Source: Verrucomicrobiota bacterium
Lineage (GTDB): Bacteria > Verrucomicrobiota > Verrucomicrobiia > Limisphaerales > JADLHS01
Length of the DNA stretch: 39,546 bases
Assembly: GCA_035327385.1 (NCBI GenBank)
Contig: DAOLDN010000002.1
Span: forward strand, 1 to 39,546
Direction of reading: 5' to 3'
Shown here: in pieces, positions 34,323 through 39,546 of the stretch
Layout: every line of letters begins with the position of its first letter
How positions within the stretch are numbered: position 1 is the stretch's first letter
Notes under the pieces: model-generated
Told to the model about the DNA's origin: nothing
The model's input: the letters and a program-made list of their open reading frames with translations, nothing else
The model's database searches: none
Program-made: the position numbers and the translations under genes

Positions 34323-37300
34323 TCAGGGGTCAAACACGTCGAGGTGTTCACGGACGAGTTCCGCGCCGAGCAGTCGTGCCCGGCTCGGCGTCCAGTAGCG
34401 GTATTGGTTGAGCAACGCCACGAGCAGACCGCCCTCAATTTGCTGGACGATGCGCGTGCTGCCGGTGTCATCAGCGAGCTTAAGTAGCACCTCGCGGAAC
34501 AAACCATCCGGCGCGGGCATTGTCGTGCCGCGTTTTGAAATGAGCAGCAGGCCGAAGGGTGCGGAGGTCTGGAGAAACGCGGAGTCCGGTTTCCAAAGCT
34601 CAACGTACGGCTCGTCGCCAGTGACTTTGAAGAAAGGTCGCAAGATAGATTCGAGCCGCTTGCGGAATCGTTCGCGTTCCGCCGGCCGGGGCGGAGTGCA
34701 TGCGCGGTCTCGCGATTCGATGTAAGGCATCGCCACCTCCACCGTGTCGCGCACCACTTCCATGTCCCGGGCATCAAGGCCGAAAAGACTGCCGAAGAAG
34801 GTGTCAATCTCGTCGAAGACCGCCAGATCGCGAGCGATTAGTCGCTGGGAAAGCTGGGCGACCAACCGACGCTGTTCGGACGTGAGTTTCTCGAAGGGGA
34901 AAATCGGGCAGTCGTCGAAATCCGCTTTATCCAACACACGCCGCTCCGCACCGAAGCGCGGGCGCGTGCTGAGGGCGAAATGCATTCTTAGGTATGAGTG
35001 AGCGAACAACTGAACGTAACGGACGAGCGCTTCTCCATCACGGTGCTTCGCGGCAGAGTAGCCGGGAAAACATTGGTTGAATGCCACATCCTCAAAGCTG
35101 ATCAACGCCCAGCTTTTTTCGCGCTGAGGCCCTGGCGCTTGCTTCACCAGCAGCAGCGGCGCTCGGTAATTGTCTCGCGACCTTGGCCAGCACGCAGTGT
35201 TGCGGCCAAACGTCCGCAGTCCGGTGGTGTTCACGACAAACTCTCCGTCAGCGACAGAGGTAAAGTCCGGCAGGCGCTTGAGAAAGGAGGCGTCGCGTTG
35301 GGTTTGCCCTTCCTTCACCATGTAGCCGGCGACACTCAATAATCCCAACTGCTTTTCCCAGTAGTCTTCGAGTCGTGGACACCCTGCGCGTTGAAAGCGT
35401 TCAACAACGCCCGCATCAAGTGAAGTTCCCAGCGCCAGCGTCTTCCAAATCCACGGCTGGGCGAATGTCGCCTCGACTTCGATGGACTGCACGGATTTCG
35501 CATCAATCTGCATCTCGCCCTTCCGGTTCAGCGACGTGTCATATTGCGGCGTGATGAGCCGCAGCGTGTGGCCCGGCTTGGGCTGGCGATTGCGCGCAAA
35601 CAATAACATGAAGGGCTGGCCCATCTTCGGCCACACTGCCGTGTCGGAGAGGTTCGTGCCGTTGATGATGCCGGTGACTTCGACCCATCGCAGAAAAGTT
35701 TCGCGGGCGCGGCGCGGGATGTCCTCCTGCTTGAGCAGGATGCGCGCGGGCAACGCCATCGCGATTCGCCCACCTGGCTTGCACCATTCGGTTGCTTTCC
35801 AGACGAACGGCAAGTCCGGGCCGAAGTCTGGGTTTTCATACGCTGCCGCAGTTTGCTCGTTGGCGCGACGTTTGATGATGGCTTTGCTGAGTTGGTTGTA
35901 CTGCTCAGCGAGCGGACGATCTTTGCTTTTGAGGCTCGTCCAGGGTGGGTTGCTCAGAATCAAATCAAACTGTCCGTCGAAGCGATTTCCAACGTGTTCA
36001 CCAAGACTGCCAGCCACCGCGCCTTCAGCCGGGTCAACGCCTTCGCGACGGAAGTTGAACAAAACTTTACCACGCAGGTGATTGAAACGAAGGTCTTCCA
36101 ACGGCACAGGTTTCGGGTCGAGTTCAATGGCGGTCAGGTAAAGACTGAGAGAGGCGAGCCGGATGGCGGACTCGCTGATGTCGAAGCCGGTGAGTTGCGT
36201 ATCGAGGATTTTGCGAATGGCGCGTCTCGTTGGACGCTGCTTTGTCTCTTTCCACAGTTCCTGATAAAGTCGGCGGAAGGCGAGAACAAGGAAGACGGAT
36301 GCGCCACAGGCCGGGTCAAGCACCCGGGCTTCGTGGGCATTTGGAAGTTTGATGAACGCCTCGTCCACCAACGTGGCGGCGATGTTGCGCGGCGTGTAGT
36401 GGACGCTGGTCTCCTTCGCCGTGTCGTGTTCCCACTTCCACGCAAAACGCTCATAGACCTGGCTCAACAGGCCGACAGGAACATGGGCGAAGTCATACGC
36501 GCCCCAGTTCCGTTCCTCAGGGCGAAAGCTCAGCAGCGTTTGCCAGCCGGAGTCACCTGACGGTTCTTCGCCTTTTAGGATGGCGGTCAGGTGGATGAAA
36601 ACGCGTCCGCCTGTCCGCTGCCCAATTCCTTCAAAGTAACTGGTGTTGCCGTTGTCGGTGAGCGGGAGCAGGTCGCCATTGAAAGTTTTGTCCAGCCAGG
36701 CGGACGTACGGGCGGCGTTCTCGGCATTGGCAAAACAGTCGAAGATGCTTTTCGCCTTCGGCGCAATCTTATGGCAGTCGTCTTCGCGAACAACTTCACG
36801 GTCGCGCAGAAAACGGAAGAATAAAGCACGTCCCATCAGCGACAGAACATCTGTGCGCTTGAGGTTCAACGCCGCGAGCCGGTCGGCCACGCTCCACACC
36901 AGCTTGAACATGGCGGTGAAAACGTAATCGGCCTCCTTCGGTTCGCCTTGGCCGTCGTAGTGACCGTGGGCGAGCCGCGAGAAGAAGGTTAGCGCCTCGG
37001 GTGTGCCAGGTGTGTAACGCACCCATTCTGGCGTTTTGTCGTCCAGCGATACGGGAATGACTGCAAGCTCGCCGGGACGGATTCGAGCGAGGAAGGCGCG
37101 GTCGCCACGACAGGCGAGTTTGCGCCGTAATTCGTCGCACTTTTTATCCTGCTCGGCGGGTGGTTGACTGAGGCGACTTTCGTTGACGAAGAAAAGCAGC
37201 GGCTTGTCCTGACTTTCCGCCACTCCATCGGGCAGAAGCTCGGCAGGTCTGCGCGACTCGACCAGATCCAAATAGTCGAGCAATTCAGGTTTTGCGGAAT

Positions 37301-37358
37301 CACCAAACAACCGGACATTAGCGACACCGTAATTCTGAAGTTCGGACTTTAGGTTCAT
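34323..37358 (-). CDS. Large (1011 aa) gamma-class N6-adenine DNA methyltransferase-family protein with PglX/Eco57I-like architecture
   Basis: LFFRFLRDREVV helical N-domain, FAHVPVGLLSQVYERF, SVHYTPRNI, motif I VLDPACGASVFLV, GFDISESAI, motif IV LILSNPPWTS and GGRIAMALP, followed by a C-terminal region of about 450 aa that is presumably the target-recognition domain. Confidence 0.85.
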   Translation of the reverse strand: MNLKSELQNYGVANVRLFGDSAKPELLDYLDLVESRRPAELLPDGVAESQDKPLLFFVNESRLSQPPAEQDKKCDELRRKLACRGDRAFLARIRPGELAVIPVSLDDKTPEWVRYTPGTPEALTFFSRLAHGHYDGQGEPKEADYVFTAMFKLVWSVADRLAALNLKRTDVLSLMGRALFFRFLRDREVVREDDCHKIAPKAKSIFDCFANAENAARTSAWLDKTFNGDLLPLTDNGNTSYFEGIGQRTGGRVFIHLTAILKGEEPSGDSGWQTLLSFRPEERNWGAYDFAHVPVGLLSQVYERFAWKWEHDTAKETSVHYTPRNIAATLVDEAFIKLPNAHEARVLDPACGASVFLVLAFRRLYQELWKETKQRPTRRAIRKILDTQLTGFDISESAIRLASLSLYLTAIELDPKPVPLEDLRFNHLRGKVLFNFRREGVDPAEGAVAGSLGEHVGNRFDGQFDLILSNPPWTSLKSKDRPLAEQYNQLSKAIIKRRANEQTAAAYENPDFGPDLPFVWKATEWCKPGGRIAMALPARILLKQEDIPRRARETFLRWVEVTGIINGTNLSDTAVWPKMGQPFMLLFARNRQPKPGHTLRLITPQYDTSLNRKGEMQIDAKSVQSIEVEATFAQPWIWKTLALGTSLDAGVVERFQRAGCPRLEDYWEKQLGLLSVAGYMVKEGQTQRDASFLKRLPDFTSVADGEFVVNTTGLRTFGRNTACWPRSRDNYRAPLLLVKQAPGPQREKSWALISFEDVAFNQCFPGYSAAKHRDGEALVRYVQLFAHSYLRMHFALSTRPRFGAERRVLDKADFDDCPIFPFEKLTSEQRRLVAQLSQRLIARDLAVFDEIDTFFGSLFGLDARDMEVVRDTVEVAMPYIESRDRACTPPRPAERERFRKRLESILRPFFKVTGDEPYVELWKPDSAFLQTSAPFGLLLISKRGTTMPAPDGLFREVLLKLADDTGSTRIVQQIEGGLLVALLNQYRYWTPSRARLLGAELVREHLDVFDP

Positions 37359-37557
37359 TGTTCCACTGCTGGGCTCGTACTCCGCAGGAGTATGCGAACG
37401 TCCAGCTATTTTGCACGTTAATTTCTTTTACGCGCCAAAACCTAGCAGTGTCGGTCAGACAAAAACGGTCCAAGCAGAGTTTTCATGTGGTAATTGTCGG
37501 TTTCCTGCCAGATACGTTCCTTCGGGATGAATGGGGCTTTGAGTCGGCGCGGGTCGT

Positions 37558-37926
37558 TCACGGTTGGTTGGCGCTTCTGATGATTTCGATCAGCTTCTCC
37601 AGGTCTTCGCGCGAGGGTTTCTGACCGGAGAGCGTGCGGAAGAACACCGGGAGTTTCGTCACAAGTTCTTCGTCCTTGAGCACGTAATCAGGGATGCGCC
37701 CGCCATCCACGGCAGCGTAGTCGAAGAATTTGAGCCAGTCGTCAGTGCCGGGTTTGAGGCCGAGTTGCTTGGCCCAGGTGCGGAGGGTGGCTTCGTCGCG
37801 CGGCGGCGGGAGGACTTCGCGCTCGATCTTGCTCCAGTTGCTGGGGTCGTGGCCGTGTTCCAGACAGAATTCGCGCAGGCCGAGGCGTTGTTGCGCGCGG
37901 ATTTGTTTTATGAATTCGCCAAACAT
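37558..37926 (-). CDS. XRE-family helix-turn-helix transcriptional regulator (122 aa)
   Basis: MFGEFIKQIRAQQRLGLREFCLEHGHDPSNWSKIERE is a classic HTH_3 pattern. Only the last 122 codons of the 459-aa track ORF are plausible. Confidence 0.8.
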   Translation of the reverse strand: MFGEFIKQIRAQQRLGLREFCLEHGHDPSNWSKIEREVLPPPRDEATLRTWAKQLGLKPGTDDWLKFFDYAAVDGGRIPDYVLKDEELVTKLPVFFRTLSGQKPSREDLEKLIEIIRSANQP

Positions 37927-37939
37927 AGTTTTTGTTGCT

Positions 37940-37958
37940 GTGGTAATACATTTACCAC
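37940..37958. promoter_or_regulatory. 7-5-7 palindromic operator candidate GTGGTAA-tacat-TTACCAC upstream of the HTH gene
   Basis: A perfect inverted repeat 14-32 nt upstream of the ATG at 37926. A TTGCCA hexamer (minus strand, 37971-37976) lies upstream of it at about -35 distance. Confidence 0.5.
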
Positions 37959-38147
37959 GGCGGACAAGATTGGCAAGTGGGGAGTTTGATCCGGGCGATT
38001 CTTTCTCGCTTTGAGGGTTTGAGTCGTTTTTGGAACACGAACCCGGGGCTTCGACCTGCGCACAGCCACAGCGTGACAGGTTGCTCCAGGCAGTCATCCG
38101 GCGGACTGCCAGCTCTTTAATTGGCGTAAATTCGTGACATTCACGTC

Positions 38148-39546
38148 TCAGTTCTTCCGCTGAATGCCGAGCGCTTTCATGCGGGAGGAAACGGTGGATG
38201 CAGGCAATCCGAGAATTTCCGCCATGCCGCCCGCGCCGGAAATCTTTCCATTCGCCGCGGCCAGCGCGCGTTCCAGATTGACGCGCTCGATCGCTTCCAA
38301 ATCCGCGGCGCGAAGGATGCGCGGTTCGTTTTCCGCCGGGGCAGTTTCCTGCACGGCGGGGGCGACCGGATGCGACGGCAACGCACGGTCGAGATTCAGT
38401 CGCCCGTTCTGCGCGGTGATGACGGCGCGTTCGATCACGTTTTCCAGTTCGCGCACGTTGCCGGGCCACGCGCACGCTTGCAGCCGGCGCACGCAGTCCG
38501 GAGTCAATGGCGACAGCTTCCGGCCCATGCGGCGGGCGAAGCGTTTCGCGAAGGACTCGGCGAGAATGGGAATGTCCTCGGTGCGTTCGCGCAGCGGCGG
38601 CAGTTTGATGGGGAACACGTTGAGCCGATAATACAGGTCCTCGCGAAACCGGCCTTCCTTGACCTCGTGCAACAGATCGCGGTTGGTGGCGGCCACAATT
38701 CGCACGTCCGCCTTGCGGGTGACGGAACTGCCGACCGGCTCGAACGTGCCTTCCTGCAACACGCGAAGCAGTTTGCCCTGCAAATCCAGGGGCAGTTCGC
38801 CCACTTCGTCGAGAAACAACGTGCCGCCGTCGGCCAGTGCAAAGCGGCCTTCGCGTTTGCCGGTCGCGCCGGTGAACGCGCCGCGTTCGTGGCCGAAAAA
38901 TTCGCTCTCCATCAACTGCGCGGGAATGGCGGCGCAATTCACTGTCACCATCGGCTTGTCGCGGCGCGCGCCGGCGGCGTGGATGGCGCGGGCGAACAGT
39001 TCCTTGCCCGTGCCGGTTTCGCCCTGGATCAACACGACGGCGTCGGTGGGCGCGACCTGTTGCACGTCCTCCAGCACGCGCCTCAACGCCGCGCTCTGGC
39101 CGAGGATTTCATCGAAGCCGTGCAGGGCTTTGATTTCTTCGCGCAAGTATTCGGTTTGCGCGGTGAGCGCGTCAATCTGGCGTTCGGCTTCAAGCCGGTC
39201 GTTGACGTTGCGCAAAATCAGCGTGTGAAACGTCTGCCCGCGATTCTCGAAGCGCGACAGCGAGGCCTCGGCGGGAAACGGAGAACGGTCCCAGCGCGTT
39301 GCTTCAAAGCTTTGCGGAATCCACAACTGCCGCTGCCCGGCGGGACGCTGATCCAGTTCGCGCAGAAAAGATTCCAGTCGGGTCACGCTGCCGGCCGACA
39401 GGAAGTCGCGCAGATTCTCGCCCAGCAAATCCTCGGCGGTGCAGCCGAACAACCGCTCCGCCGCCGGATTCAACCGGGTGATGCGCCATTCCGTATCCAG
39501 CACCACGACGGCGTCCATGGCGCTGTGAAGCAGGGCGGACAATTCC
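38148..39546 (-). CDS. Sigma-54-dependent Fis-family transcriptional activator (PAS, AAA+ and HTH_8 domains), N-terminus cut by the window edge
   Basis: PAS-like VVVLDTEWRITRLNPAAERLFG, Walker A GETGTGKE, the GAFTGA loop (ESEFFGHERGAFTGA) and a C-terminal Fis-type HTH. The frame is open to the window end. Confidence 0.9.
   Translation of the reverse strand, partial: ELSALLHSAMDAVVVLDTEWRITRLNPAAERLFGCTAEDLLGENLRDFLSAGSVTRLESFLRELDQRPAGQRQLWIPQSFEATRWDRSPFPAEASLSRFENRGQTFHTLILRNVNDRLEAERQIDALTAQTEYLREEIKALHGFDEILGQSAALRRVLEDVQQVAPTDAVVLIQGETGTGKELFARAIHAAGARRDKPMVTVNCAAIPAQLMESEFFGHERGAFTGATGKREGRFALADGGTLFLDEVGELPLDLQGKLLRVLQEGTFEPVGSSVTRKADVRIVAATNRDLLHEVKEGRFREDLYYRLNVFPIKLPPLRERTEDIPILAESFAKRFARRMGRKLSPLTPDCVRRLQACAWPGNVRELENVIERAVITAQNGRLNLDRALPSHPVAPAVQETAPAENEPRILRAADLEAIERVNLERALAAANGKISGAGGMAEILGLPASTVSSRMKALGIQRKN

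Noticed and set aside
36900-37358. An N-terminal PD-ExK nuclease domain inside the 1011-aa methyltransferase, as in MmeI-type Type IIG enzymes.
   Set aside because: The only candidate (LPDGVAESQDK) has the wrong spacing and lacks a clear ExK. I cannot support it from sequence alone, so it is left as an open question for structure prediction.
37927-38937. The upstream 337 codons of the 459-aa track ORF 37558-38937.
   Set aside because: This part is an Arg/Gly/Pro-rich out-of-frame read across the sigma-54 activator gene. Only the last 122 codons (ATG at 37926) look like a real protein, an XRE HTH.
1-39546. tRNA, rRNA, tmRNA, RNase P or SRP RNA genes, and transposase or integrase genes.
   Set aside because: I scanned the intergenic regions by eye for T-loop (GGTTCGA-like) and other hallmark motifs, and scanned the ORF translations for DDE or tyrosine-recombinase motifs. 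Nothing convincing was found. A proper tRNAscan/Infernal run is still advisable.

Overview
GC-rich bacterial chromosomal segment (by eye about 55-60 % GC, not computed) with roughly 45 genes. It most likely comes from a Verrucomicrobiota/Planctomycetota-type organism. The pointers are a prepilin-type protein with a C-terminal DGH (H-X9-DG-like) motif, a four-helix-bundle protein, and many palindromic intergenic elements.

Most of the window is housekeeping:
- xthA, the conserved yceD-rpmF-plsX-fabH cluster, coaD and cinA
- an FKBP isomerase, an Sfp-type PPTase, a TlpA-like redoxin and der
- lolCE-lolD, a TPMT-like methyltransferase, apbE, a rhomboid protease and purB
- pgsA, bcp, a TPR/LysM lipoprotein and an ABC ATPase

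Four parts stand out:
1. At 33.6-38.0 kb there is a compact minus-strand module. It encodes an XRE-type HTH regulator, then a 1011-aa PglX/Eco57I-like N6-adenine methyltransferase-family protein, then a translationally coupled 240-aa PD-(D/E)xK nuclease-like protein. A palindromic operator sits upstream of the HTH gene, and its half-site recurs in the spacer before the methyltransferase gene. This is the best candidate for an unusual restriction-modification-like defence system.
2. At 27.8-33.0 kb a minus-strand cluster encodes DUF4242, an SBP56-family (methanethiol oxidase-like) protein, SCO1/SenC, a DsrE-like protein and a TPR protein.
3. The window has a very high density of palindromic repeat elements from several sequence families. 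Heptamer-tiled hairpins occupy three consecutive spacers of the lolCE-lolD-MTase-apbE-rhomboid string, and a GC-rich hairpin fills the fourth. At least four palindromic elements sit in frame inside intact housekeeping ORFs: der, apbE (two) and purB. The purB element has a clear paralogue in an intergenic spacer 10 kb away.
4. Two genes (the FKBP isomerase and a SEC-C motif protein) have reading frames broken in a way consistent with single-base deletions.

A small lower-GC islet at 5.1-6.1 kb carries an orphan lipoprotein gene. I found no rRNA, tRNA, CRISPR array, transposase or integrase.
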